Shown in pieces: positions 16,584 to 25,603 of a stretch of 55,206 nucleotides of DNA (positions are counted from its first letter, which is position 1; the number at the start of each line of letters is the position of its first letter). The stretch lies in the IMG/VR virus record IMGVR_UViG_3300013131_001394, positions 1 through 55,206 of that record, one strand, 5' to 3'. The notes below the pieces were generated by a model, which was not told the DNA's origin, made no database searches, and was given only the letters and a program-made list of their open reading frames with translations. The stretch is from a virus. Lineage: Duplodnaviria > Caudoviricetes. The position numbers and the translations under genes were made by a program.

Positions 16584-17056
16584 CATCATCTGCAAAAGTG
16601 TTAGTTCCTAATAAAGAATGGATTATAAGACAAGACAATTCTAAAGTAGGCAGTGTGGCCAAAGCAAAGCGCGGTTATCTGTTTATTAAAAACGGTAAAT
16701 CATTATTTTTTAAGAATGTAGAAGAAATCAATAATAAGTTCGGTGTGGATATTAACGAAGCAAAAGTTGTAAAAATTACACCTTCCGATCCTCAAGATTA
16801 TAAAATATACGATTATCCGTGTAGTTCAAAACCTTTCGAACCTGTATACAATATTAAGAAACGACTTCCGCTGTTTGCCAAAAGTTCAAAAAGTAGAAGC
16901 CAGTATTGTGCAGGATACTACGTGATAAAATTTACAAAAGGCTGGGTTAAAAGTTTTTGTCCTAAACTTATTACACTAGAAAGATATCCGTTTCACGGTC
17001 CTTACAAAACAGAAGTCGAAATGAAGAAAATGTTAAATATTGTGAATAAAACATGA
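16580..17056 (+). CDS. Hypothetical protein
   Basis: ATGA-coupled; 158 aa. Confidence 0.75.
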   Translation: MTSSAKVLVPNKEWIIRQDNSKVGSVAKAKRGYLFIKNGKSLFFKNVEEINNKFGVDINEAKVVKITPSDPQDYKIYDYPCSSKPFEPVYNIKKRLPLFAKSSKSRSQYCAGYYVIKFTKGWVKSFCPKLITLERYPFHGPYKTEVEMKKMLNIVNKT

Positions 17057-17274
17057 AGCCTCTTAATACATTACCTATAGAAGATTTCTTAAATAGAGCA
17101 AGAGTAGCAATTAAAGGAAATCAAAAAGATCTCACTTTGTCTATTAAAGAAGTTACAGATCTTCAAAATAGCCTAAGCATTGTAATGACAAGACTAACAG
17201 GAGAATTAGATCAAATTGCAACACAGGCACCCCTAGACAAAATCCAAGTTAAAATGGACGGCGGTTCCTGGTAA
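17053..17274 (+). CDS. Hypothetical protein
   Basis: ATGA-coupled; 73 aa. Confidence 0.7.
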   Translation: MKPLNTLPIEDFLNRARVAIKGNQKDLTLSIKEVTDLQNSLSIVMTRLTGELDQIATQAPLDKIQVKMDGGSW

Positions 17275-17283
17275 GATTTCTAC

Positions 17284-17318
17284 TAAATATATACGCACTT
17301 ATCGGAGAGGCGTATATG
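17284..17318 (+). promoter_or_regulatory. Late TAAATA overlapping a hairpin that hides the RBS and start codon
   Basis: TAAATA at 17284-17289; ATATACGC(17289-17296) pairs with GCGTATAT(17310-17317), enclosing the GGAGAG RBS. Confidence 0.7.
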
Positions 17319-17615
17319 AGCAGACCCAAGCCAAAAGTATTACTAGAAGTTACAAATAAAAAGAATTATAAATCTGAGCAGGTCTTGGAGGCTGATGCTA
17401 TTTGGGCAGTATTTTATAAAGATAAGCCTATTAACCTAAAAACAAATAGTCTACTCGCTGATCAAATAGGTCCAAAATATAAAAAAGTAAGTTTTTCTAA
17501 TAGCGGACATGCTTTTAATCTAGCAGAAAAACTAAACAAATTATTTGGCACTTCGGACTTTAGCGTTTATAAATTAACCACCGGAGAAAAAATTAGAAAT
17601 GAAGATCAAGCATGA
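17316..17615 (+). CDS. Hypothetical protein
   Basis: 99 aa MSRPKP...; GGAGAGG RBS. Confidence 0.8.
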   Translation: MSRPKPKVLLEVTNKKNYKSEQVLEADAIWAVFYKDKPINLKTNSLLADQIGPKYKKVSFSNSGHAFNLAEKLNKLFGTSDFSVYKLTTGEKIRNEDQA

Positions 17616-17991
17616 TCTTACCAAAATTGTTTTAAACAGGCTAGGGTTGCCATCAGATTCTAAAAGTATCAAAAAATATATGGGATTATGGTGGTGGAGC
17701 CCAGTCGAAAAGAATAAAGGTGGCCTCAAACTTAGAGATGACGGTTTAGCAGCACTAGTTGATGCAGATATCAAATATCACAAAATATTAATAGAAAACC
17801 ACCCAGAACCTACCAACAAAAATATCATATATTTAGACAACTACATTGACTGTCCATGGTATATGAGCAATAGAAATTTTTTTGTTTTCGGTGAAAAAAT
17901 GGCTATACAACTAGTGTTGTATTCCGGAGATATACAAAAATTCTTGGATGCAAAAGCCTATAGAAACCGCTTGACAACTGACAAGATTTAG
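17599..17991 (+). CDS. Hypothetical protein
   Basis: 130 aa, overlapping the upstream gene end. Confidence 0.7.
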   Translation: MKIKHDLTKIVLNRLGLPSDSKSIKKYMGLWWWSPVEKNKGGLKLRDDGLAALVDADIKYHKILIENHPEPTNKNIIYLDNYIDCPWYMSNRNFFVFGEKMAIQLVLYSGDIQKFLDAKAYRNRLTTDKI

Positions 17992-17999
17992 CATATAAT
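17971..17999 (+). promoter_or_regulatory. Perfect consensus sigma70 promoter
   Basis: TTGACA(17971-17976)-17 bp-TATAAT(17994-17999). Confidence 0.9.
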
Positions 18000-18056
18000 T
18001 AACATATATTGAAATTGTTCAATATTCCAAATTAAATATTTTTTTAGAGAGCAATT

Positions 18057-19136
18057 ATGTCAGAAAAGATTTCAGGCAATCGTACAGTTACTCCCAACGA
18101 AGCCAAACGTAGCCTTCGTAAGTGTATCAAAATTCAACGCCCTGTGTTTATGTGGGGTCCTCCAGGTATCGGTAAGTCAGATATCGTTAAACAAATCGGC
18201 GACGAGTTTGACCGTTCTGTAATTGATGTTCGACTGTCACTTTGGGAGCCCACTGACATCAAAGGTATCCCCTATTACAACTCAACGGCTAATACAATGA
18301 GTTGGGCTCCACCAGCAGAGTTACCCACTGATCCTGATAGCACGGCTATTTTATTCCTAGATGAGCTCAATTCTGCGGCTCCTGCTACACAGGCAGCGGC
18401 TTATCAACTTATTCTTAACCGTCGTGTAGGAACTTACATCCTGCCCAAAGGTGTAAGTATTGTGGCTGCTGGTAACCGTGAAGCAGATAAGGGTGTTACT
18501 TATCGTATGCCTGCTCCGTTGGCTAACCGTTTCCTTCATATTGAACTTAAGAGTGATTATGAAGATTGGCTAAACTGGGCCACTACTAATCGTGTACACG
18601 AGCAGGTGGTAGGTTACATCGGATTTGCCAAACAGGATCTTTACGACTTTGATCCTCGCAGTTCAAGCCGTTCATTTGCTACTCCACGTTCATGGAGTTT
18701 TGTAAGTGACCTGTTACATGATGACGATCTGGACGAAGGTACCCTTACAGATTTGGTAGCAGGTGCTGTCGGTGAAGGCCTTGCTGTTAAGTTTATGGCA
18801 CACCGTAAGGTAGCAAAACAGATGCCTAAGCCGGAAGACATCCTTGTAGGCAAAGTCAAAAAATGCGATATTAAGGAAATCTCTGCAATGTATTCTTTGA
18901 CTGTTAGTATGTGCTATGAACTACAGTCTTCACACCAAAAGAAGGCCAAGAACTGGGATGAAATGGCTGACTACTTCTTCAGTTTTATGATGGATAATTT
19001 CCCAACTGAGTTAGTAGTTATGGGTGCGAAGGTGGCTTTAACAAATTATGCGTTACCATTTGATGCTAGTAAACTTAAGAACTTCGACAGATTCCATGAG
19101 AAGTATGGCAAGTTCATTATCCAGGCAATGGAGTAA
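18057..19136 (+). CDS. MoxR-like AAA+ ATPase
   Basis: Walker A GPPGIGKS, Walker B LFLDE, AAGN, PLANRF, TPRSW. Confidence 0.9.
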   Translation: MSEKISGNRTVTPNEAKRSLRKCIKIQRPVFMWGPPGIGKSDIVKQIGDEFDRSVIDVRLSLWEPTDIKGIPYYNSTANTMSWAPPAELPTDPDSTAILFLDELNSAAPATQAAAYQLILNRRVGTYILPKGVSIVAAGNREADKGVTYRMPAPLANRFLHIELKSDYEDWLNWATTNRVHEQVVGYIGFAKQDLYDFDPRSSSRSFATPRSWSFVSDLLHDDDLDEGTLTDLVAGAVGEGLAVKFMAHRKVAKQMPKPEDILVGKVKKCDIKEISAMYSLTVSMCYELQSSHQKKAKNWDEMADYFFSFMMDNFPTELVVMGAKVALTNYALPFDASKLKNFDRFHEKYGKFIIQAME

Positions 19137-19138
19137 TT

Positions 19139-19162
19139 AAGGGCCCGCAGGGGCCTTTTTTA
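19139..19162 (+). terminator. Rho-independent terminator
   Basis: AAGGGCCC-GCAG-GGGCCTT stem running into a T tract, right after the MoxR stop. Confidence 0.85.
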
Positions 19163-19191
19163 TTGACAATGGTATGCTTAGAGTGTATAAT
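19163..19191 (+). promoter_or_regulatory. Perfect consensus sigma70 promoter
   Basis: TTGACA(19163-19168)-17 bp-TATAAT(19186-19191); AAGGAG RBS. Confidence 0.9.
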
Positions 19192-19220
19192 AGATATATA
19201 ATGTTAACAAGGAGTGAATT

Positions 19221-20468
19221 ATGGCTGTTATGAAATCAGAAAAAACTAAAAAGGTAGAAGCACGTAATTTTACCGAAGCAGAAAAAAACAAAATTGTAGA
19301 GAAATTGATTACTGCTCGTGTTGGGTTGTTACTGCGTCATCCTTTCTTTGGAAACTTAGCAACTCGTCTTAAACTTGTAGATTCTACTCACTGGTGTCCT
19401 ACTCTGGCTACAGACGGACGCTGTTTCTACTACAATAACGATTTTGTAAACCGACTCACTCCAAAACAGGCAGAGTTCGGATTTGCACACGAAGTCCTAC
19501 ATAATGTTTTTGATCATATGGGGCGCCGTGATGGGCGTGATCCTATACTGAGTAATATTGCGGCAGACTATGCCGTTAACCAAATCCTAAAAGATGAGCG
19601 CATCGGTGAAGTGCCTGACTGGATCAAAATTTTCCAGGATAACAAGTATCGCGGAATGAGTTATGAAGAAATCTATGCAGACATTTATGAAAAATCCCAA
19701 AAAATCAACATTTGCGGGTTAGGCGAGTTGTTAGATGAGCATCTAGATGGAGACGGCGATGGAGACGGCGATGGAGACGGCGATGGCAATAACGGTAAAG
19801 GTCGTCCTAAACTTACTCCGGAAGAACGTAAGGCTATCCGTGATGAGATCAAAGAGGCTATGGTAGCCGCTGCCCAGAGTGCCGGTGCAGGCAAGGTTCC
19901 CGCAGGTGTAGCACGCCTTATTAAGGATTTCACAGAGCCTAAAATGGACTGGCGTCAACTACTGCGTATGAATATCCAAAGCATTATCAAAAGCAATTAT
20001 AGTTTCGCCCGCCCAAATCGTAAAAGCCAACACTGTGGCGCAGTCCTTCCAGGTATGTTAAATGAAGAAACCATTGACGTAGCCGTAGGTATTGACCTAA
20101 GTGGTAGTATTAGTGACGACATGGCCAAAGACTTCATTAGTGAAGTTAAAGGTATAATGGAAGAATACAAAGACTTCAAACTTGACTTATGGTGTTTTGA
20201 TACCGAAGTGTATAACTACGCCGCATTTTCAATGGATAATGCAGATGAAATCATGTCCTACCAAGTTAAAGGCGGAGGAGGTACTGACTTTGAGGCCAAT
20301 TGGACCTTTATGAAAGAGCAAGGAATTGAACCAAAACGCTTTATTATGTTTACAGATGGATATCCTTGTGGCAGTTGGGGGGACGAAGATTACTGCGAAA
20401 CCCTGTTTGTTATTCACGGCAATGAATCCATAATTGCTCCGTTCGGACAGACTGCCTACTATAAATAA
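19221..20468 (+). CDS. Metallopeptidase-like plus VWA domain protein (DUF2201-like), MoxR partner
   Basis: HEVLH, NIAADY; MIDAS motifs DLSGS, GGGTDF, FTDG. Confidence 0.88.
   Translation: MAVMKSEKTKKVEARNFTEAEKNKIVEKLITARVGLLLRHPFFGNLATRLKLVDSTHWCPTLATDGRCFYYNNDFVNRLTPKQAEFGFAHEVLHNVFDHMGRRDGRDPILSNIAADYAVNQILKDERIGEVPDWIKIFQDNKYRGMSYEEIYADIYEKSQKINICGLGELLDEHLDGDGDGDGDGDGDGNNGKGRPKLTPEERKAIRDEIKEAMVAAAQSAGAGKVPAGVARLIKDFTEPKMDWRQLLRMNIQSIIKSNYSFARPNRKSQHCGAVLPGMLNEETIDVAVGIDLSGSISDDMAKDFISEVKGIMEEYKDFKLDLWCFDTEVYNYAAFSMDNADEIMSYQVKGGGGTDFEANWTFMKEQGIEPKRFIMFTDGYPCGSWGDEDYCETLFVIHGNESIIAPFGQTAYYK
19746..19786 (+). repeat. 12-bp tandem repeat (GATGGAGACGGC, about 3.4 copies) encoding a (DG)n linker
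   Basis: Read directly from the sequence. Confidence 0.9.
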
Positions 20469-20480
20469 AGTAGGTAGATT

Positions 20481-20777
20481 ATGCCGTTAAGTCGAGGAAC
20501 AGTTAATCCATTAGGCGTTCTGGGACTAAGGAGATTATCCTTTATCCCAGAGCATTTTGCTACTTTAACTATTGAAAGTTACCGTGGATACAAAGAAATA
20601 GAAAATTGGATAAACTATAACCTTAATAGCAGATATGCAATAAAAAGGACATTAGCAGTAAACGATCAAAATAAACTTACAGAAATGTTAGAGATAGGTA
20701 TAGAAGATCCAGCAGAACTAACAATGCTAAGTTTAGGATGCCCACATTTACATAACAAAAGAGAGGATTTATTTTAA
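20481..20777 (+). CDS. Hypothetical protein
   Basis: 98 aa; ATAAATA at 20461-20467 and AGGT upstream. Confidence 0.7.
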   Translation: MPLSRGTVNPLGVLGLRRLSFIPEHFATLTIESYRGYKEIENWINYNLNSRYAIKRTLAVNDQNKLTEMLEIGIEDPAELTMLSLGCPHLHNKREDLF

Positions 20778-20977
20778 TGGAAGAACAACAAGCAGCCCAA
20801 CCAGAATTAAGTTTAACAGATCTACATAACCTACGTTCAATAGTAGATACAGCATCACGTCGCGGTGCGTTTCATGCTCAAGAAATGAGCGCAGTAGGTT
20901 CGGTGTTTGATAAACTAAACAACTTCTTAAATGCTGTAAAACCAGCACAACCACAAGAAGAAACTGCACAACAATAA
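20777..20977 (+). CDS. Small helical hypothetical protein
   Basis: 66 aa; GAGG RBS; DL..L..IVD.ASRRGAF.A.EM..VG..F.KL pattern. Confidence 0.75.
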   Translation: MEEQQAAQPELSLTDLHNLRSIVDTASRRGAFHAQEMSAVGSVFDKLNNFLNAVKPAQPQEETAQQ

Positions 20978-20986
20978 GGAATAATA

Positions 20987-21625
20987 ATGAAGCACGTAGG
21001 TAAGATGAAAAACAACGGAGCAAAGGTAGCAATTGTATATAGGACTCTACCTGGAGATCCGTATAGTGCTCTGGTAGTAGGCACAGGTAAGTTAGGTGCA
21101 AGTTACCACGATGCTCTAATGAGTATTATTCAAGATCCGGCTGGCCAAACTGCTAATGAGTTAGCAGACATTTTGTCTGTTCGTTCATTTCCAGACGGAT
21201 CTAATATGTTACAGTGGTTACACACTAGAGGACAACTCACTAAAGTTCCTACAAGCGGAGTATTGGTTACTCCTACTCCAAATGACAGCGTTCCTTTAGA
21301 CGAACTTAACGTATTAATTGCAGAGCAGAAAGGCCTTACAGTAGACGAACTTGCAGTTAGCGACGGTAATCGGACACCTAAAGGTTTAGATGATCCCACT
21401 AAGACAACCAGTTCTAGTGTATCAGGTGAAGTATACGAGCAGCCTCAAGAAATAGTTGCATCTATACCAGAACCTATCGTAATACCACAAAAAGAAGAAC
21501 CTGTTACCGCTGCGTCATTACGGTCAATGGCAGACAAATTGTTTAAAGAAGCACAGTTACTTCGTGCCAAGGCAGAAGAGATGGAACCAACTAAAAAGAA
21601 AGCAAAGGCACTTAAAGAAGCATGA
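20987..21625 (+). CDS. Hypothetical protein
   Basis: 212 aa MKHVGK...; AAGGA RBS. Confidence 0.8.
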   Translation: MKHVGKMKNNGAKVAIVYRTLPGDPYSALVVGTGKLGASYHDALMSIIQDPAGQTANELADILSVRSFPDGSNMLQWLHTRGQLTKVPTSGVLVTPTPNDSVPLDELNVLIAEQKGLTVDELAVSDGNRTPKGLDDPTKTTSSSVSGEVYEQPQEIVASIPEPIVIPQKEEPVTAASLRSMADKLFKEAQLLRAKAEEMEPTKKKAKALKEA

Positions 21626-21804
21626 ATTTCAAAGTCGGTGATAAAGTAATCAAGGTATCTGGTTATGCATGGCCTGGTATCGTTGTCAGTGTATTTGATA
21701 CACTAAAAGGCGAGCGCCGAGTCGTAGTGGAATGTACAGTACCTGAAGTAGCAGGTGCTTTACACATTTATAACGAATCTCAACTTAAGTTGCACAATGA
21801 CTGA
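21622..21804 (+). CDS. DfrB/R67-type (type II) dihydrofolate reductase homologue
   Basis: F.VGD.V.K.SG.AW.G.VV...VE....GALHIY aligns by eye with R67 [20 protein letters not shown]...VES...GSVQIY; overlaps the thyA start. Confidence 0.75.
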   Translation: MNFKVGDKVIKVSGYAWPGIVVSVFDTLKGERRVVVECTVPEVAGALHIYNESQLKLHND

Positions 21805-22678
21805 ACGAGTCTATCTAAATACTCTAAAAGACATTTTAGAGACTGGTGAGGGAAGACCCGATCGTACAGGTGTAGGCACAATCGGTAAGTTCGGTCTTCA
21901 AATGAAGTTTGATCTTACACTAGGATTTCCTGCTATTACAACTAAAAAACTAGCATGGAAGTCTGTTGTAAGCGAACTACTATGGTTTATCGAAGGTAGC
22001 GGTGACGAGTATAGACTTAAAGAAATTCTATACGGTTATCGTTATGATCCACGTAATACTATATGGTCTGACAATGCTAGTGCTCCTTACTGGACCAGCA
22101 AGAAAGTAGCAAGACATGCCGGGGATTTAGGTCGTATATATGGTGTTCAATGGCGTAGATGGCGAAAACCTTTGATCAGAGTAAACAAGGTTATTCTTGC
22201 TAACCACGATCAGTTATTAGAACTTGTAGACGGGTTAAAAAAAGATCCTTACAGTAGACGTCATATTATATCTGCATGGAATCCAGGTGAACTAGAACTA
22301 ATGGCATTACCCCCATGCCATATGATGGCGCAATTTTATGTAAGTAAAGCCAGAAAACTAAGTTGTCAGATGTATCAACGTAGTGCAGATATGTTTTTAG
22401 GAGTGCCTTTCAACATTGCCTCATATGCTTTATTCACCCATATGCTGGCGCAATGCTGTGACTTAGAAGTGGGAGAACTAACTATTACGCTAGGTGACGC
22501 TCACATTTATATAAATCACGCAGAACAAGTAAAAGAGCAGTTATCAAGAACTACTCTACAGTTGCCTACATTAAAATTAAATTCGGCAGTAAAAGATATT
22601 ACAAAGTTTACAATGAACGATATATCTTTAGTTGATTATACGCACCACTCTGCGTTAAAAGCGGAGATGGCAGTTTAA
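21797..22678 (+). CDS. thyA: Thymidylate synthase ThyA
   Basis: DRTGVGT, SELLWF, SRRHIISAWNP, MALPPCH, YQRSADMFLGVPFN, GDAHIY; start at ATG 21797 (ATGACTGA overlap). Confidence 0.96.
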   Translation: MTERVYLNTLKDILETGEGRPDRTGVGTIGKFGLQMKFDLTLGFPAITTKKLAWKSVVSELLWFIEGSGDEYRLKEILYGYRYDPRNTIWSDNASAPYWTSKKVARHAGDLGRIYGVQWRRWRKPLIRVNKVILANHDQLLELVDGLKKDPYSRRHIISAWNPGELELMALPPCHMMAQFYVSKARKLSCQMYQRSADMFLGVPFNIASYALFTHMLAQCCDLEVGELTITLGDAHIYINHAEQVKEQLSRTTLQLPTLKLNSAVKDITKFTMNDISLVDYTHHSALKAEMAV

Positions 22679-23446
22679 TTACCAAACATGAGCACTTAGG
22701 TCAATGCGTCTCCAACTGTTTGTGGCGGTACAGATATACAAATAGTCATTACCCCATACCATTTGGCCCTGTCGGCCTACGCTATTACTAGCAGTAGGTA
22801 TTGTAGTATCTGTTCCGAACTGTATGCCGCCGCTAACTTGAAAATCTCCTAGTATGTTTAAACCTGCAACTGTTTGAGTAGTTAGATTAGTAATATAGTC
22901 GTAGGCTGAATCTTCGCTAACATCAAAAGATTCATGACATACGTATCCTATGACATTATCATAATTTACAAGTAGAGTAACTTCTCTAGGGTCATCGTCG
23001 ATGTCATTTACAACAGTGCTAGGCAGTACCCAACCGTTATCACCTACGTCAGCGGGATAAGCCGGTCCTACAAGGTAAACTGTTCCATCATAATAAGTTT
23101 TTAATTGTTCATCTGTGGTATCCCACCATATATCACCTGAACTTAAATTGTCAGGCTCTGTATCTGCTGTAATTGCACCTGCCACCGGTTTAAAAGATCC
23201 GTCATAAACCTTTAGACGCTGTGCTGTAGTATCATACCATAATTGACCTATTAATGGATTTTGCGGAGGACTGTTAGTAGAAGATGCATTATTGGCAAGT
23301 AACCTTATAAGATTATTATTCCAAATCTCTCCGTACCCTGAGTAATTTTTTCCTACGAGTGTTAAACTTGTAGATAAATTATCCATAGTTTTGTCCGCCA
23401 GTGTTACTAGAATTGTTCCATCAGTGTTCAATATGGTATAAGCCAT
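22679..23446 (-). CDS. Tail fibre / baseplate-associated protein
   Basis: SLTLVGKNYSGYGE...P.NP..GQLWYDT domain shared with the neighbouring gene; C-terminal YLYICTATNSWRR module. Confidence 0.7.
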   Translation of the reverse strand: MAYTILNTDGTILVTLADKTMDNLSTSLTLVGKNYSGYGEIWNNNLIRLLANNASSTNSPPQNPLIGQLWYDTTAQRLKVYDGSFKPVAGAITADTEPDNLSSGDIWWDTTDEQLKTYYDGTVYLVGPAYPADVGDNGWVLPSTVVNDIDDDPREVTLLVNYDNVIGYVCHESFDVSEDSAYDYITNLTTQTVAGLNILGDFQVSGGIQFGTDTTIPTASNSVGRQGQMVWGNDYLYICTATNSWRRIDLSAHVW

Positions 23447-23447
23447 T

Positions 23448-24914
23448 TTACTCGACCTTAATTATATAATATGTTTTTATACCGCCTATGTCTATGTATA
23501 AGTCAGGTATATTATAAAACGGATGCGTACCTCCGTAATCTCTATGTATGACATCATATAGATCTAAGAAAGTAGATGAACTCAAACTGGTTCCTGTACA
23601 AAACATCCATCCATCAGGCGGAACATTTGTTAATGTAGATCCGGCAAACAGTCTTAATGTACCTGTACTAGAATAATAATTGTGAGCATATACATTAACT
23701 GCATGAATGTCCCCGAACGGAGCAGACTTTGTACCTATAGAATTCGTCGAAGTTGTTGATCTAATATTGTTAACAAATAAAGTATTTGTGGAAGTCGTAA
23801 TCCCGCTAAAATTAATATTACCAGAAATGGTAACATTGCCTGCTAGAGATGTAACTCCGCTGACCATTAAGGAAGAAACTGTAGCAGTATTTGTAACTGT
23901 AAAGTTACCTGTTACTCGTGTATTTTTCTTTAGCCCTATTAAACTAAGATCTACATCCAAAATAGGATTTGCATCACCTAGCAATTTAACTAAAAACTTG
24001 CCGCCCGATTTATTGTTATAAACAACAGCGTCATTAGATTCTTTATAAAACTGAACATATTCAGTAGTAGGTGTACCATCTATACGTATTACAACTCCGT
24101 CTCTCCCTTTCGCACTAGTTTGATCTGAATTTGTAACATAAACAAAACTGCCTGTCACTAACTGCCCGTTAGTAACTGTATCATTCTTACGTAGATAACT
24201 GCTAGCAGCATAGTCTCCTAACTTATCTGCGCTAGTTGCAGTTCCTTGAAACTTTAACGGCGTACCTGATACATCGAATGTAGACGTAGATAAATTAATA
24301 CCCGGTTTAATATTGTCAAAGCCGTCATATAACGGAGTATAGGAATTAATAGAGGCAGTTGAAATTATAGAAACTACATTTCCCTGCGCCCATGCAAACA
24401 CACAATCATGTTTTATAGACGTATCACTTGCATCAGTTAGCCGTTCTACTGTTATACCTGATTGCTCTGATCCTCCTGCTGAAGGTCCTACCGTTATCCA
24501 GTCATTATCACTGAATAGTTTTATCTGATTAAAAGCAGTATCAACCCATAAATCACCATTTTTTAGAGCGGCTGCTCCGTATATTCTAGGGTCAGTACCT
24601 TGCTGATATATACCTGTAGCAGACGGCCATCTAGTTAGTGTAGACGATCCGTCCATAATACGCAAAGTTTTACGGTTCGGATCGCTAGTATCATACCACA
24701 ACTGACCTTGTATAGGATTTTCAGGTGGTATTGGTCCTGAAAAGTTTTCTAATAAACTTAAAAAGTTTTGTGCGTATTTCTCACCATAGTTAGGATATCC
24801 TCTACCTACAAGACTTAAACTGGTATCAACAGTATTAATGCCAGGAGGCATAGGTGGTACTAGCACTGTGGCAGTGTTTGTAGGATCTGAAAATCTAAGA
24901 GTATATCCTGACAT
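23448..24914 (-). CDS. Short tail fibre-like protein with a tail-collar domain
   Basis: Same N-terminal domain as 22679-23446; C-terminal PPDGWMFC...LYDVI...YGG...NIPDL collar motif. Confidence 0.75.
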   Translation of the reverse strand: MSGYTLRFSDPTNTATVLVPPMPPGINTVDTSLSLVGRGYPNYGEKYAQNFLSLLENFSGPIPPENPIQGQLWYDTSDPNRKTLRIMDGSSTLTRWPSATGIYQQGTDPRIYGAAALKNGDLWVDTAFNQIKLFSDNDWITVGPSAGGSEQSGITVERLTDASDTSIKHDCVFAWAQGNVVSIISTASINSYTPLYDGFDNIKPGINLSTSTFDVSGTPLKFQGTATSADKLGDYAASSYLRKNDTVTNGQLVTGSFVYVTNSDQTSAKGRDGVVIRIDGTPTTEYVQFYKESNDAVVYNNKSGGKFLVKLLGDANPILDVDLSLIGLKKNTRVTGNFTVTNTATVSSLMVSGVTSLAGNVTISGNINFSGITTSTNTLFVNNIRSTTSTNSIGTKSAPFGDIHAVNVYAHNYYSSTGTLRLFAGSTLTNVPPDGWMFCTGTSLSSSTFLDLYDVIHRDYGGTHPFYNIPDLYIDIGGIKTYYIIKVE

Positions 24915-24916
24915 AA

Positions 24917-25582
24917 TTACATCCCGTCAGTTAGACTTTGTATTCTAACCGTATAATCAATTTGAATCATTCTGTTTAGTGATTTTTGTACCGGATGAAA
25001 TATAACATGGGTAAGCAAATCACCTTGTCCTTCTCCATCTGGACTATATGAACGAAGTCCTAGTTCATCGAATACGTATGTTCCTTCACTGTTTGTAGCA
25101 TTGTCAAATGCCGCTTGCCCGCGGGGCTCACCGAAATCAAGTAGGCAACTTACAAGAATATCACTATAAGTTGTTCCTAATACATGTCTTACTTCCATAA
25201 AGTTTCTAGCAGGATCGATGCTGCTAGGCTGTTTAGCATCAACAACTTTGTAATATGTTTCATTGTATAATGCACTGTTTAGACCTATTGTATTAGGTGT
25301 TAAGTAAGTTATAATCCCTGTTTCATCTACCCTAGTGCCACCGTTTCCGAATACCATTTCACTTATTGTGCCGAATCCTTGATTACTAATACTTCTTGCT
25401 AATGCTAGGCTAAAGTTTTCATAGTGTATAGCATTACGCTTATCAATAAACACTTCCTTGGTATTAGAATCAAATATCTTAATATGGCCTTGAATCCTTA
25501 CAGAACCTTGTTCATTAGGCTTCTTTTCAGGCTGTTTTTCAGTCATATTAACTTGATTTTTGTTATCTTGATTGTTCATCAT
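24917..25582 (-). CDS. Baseplate/tail structural protein
   Basis: QGHIKI, NAIH, FGNGG, FDELGL, THVIFHPVQKS; lies in the structural block behind a TAAATA. Confidence 0.65.
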   Translation of the reverse strand: MMNNQDNKNQVNMTEKQPEKKPNEQGSVRIQGHIKIFDSNTKEVFIDKRNAIHYENFSLALARSISNQGFGTISEMVFGNGGTRVDETGIITYLTPNTIGLNSALYNETYYKVVDAKQPSSIDPARNFMEVRHVLGTTYSDILVSCLLDFGEPRGQAAFDNATNSEGTYVFDELGLRSYSPDGEGQGDLLTHVIFHPVQKSLNRMIQIDYTVRIQSLTDGM

Positions 25583-25584
25583 AA

Positions 25585-25590
25585 TATTTA
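25585..25590 (-). promoter_or_regulatory. Late promoter core TAAATA
   Basis: Minus strand reads AATAAATAttATGATG. Confidence 0.6.
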
Positions 25591-25603
25591 TTCCGCTATA
25601 TTT

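Noticed and set aside
21755-21796. N-terminal extension of ThyA given by the ORF track
   Set aside because: It overlaps the DfrB-like gene; ATG 21797 gives a normal ThyA N-terminus with a coupled overlap.
22646-22670. Hairpin CTCTGC/GCGGAG at the end of thyA as a terminator
   Set aside because: It is weak, lies in coding sequence and has no U tract on either strand.
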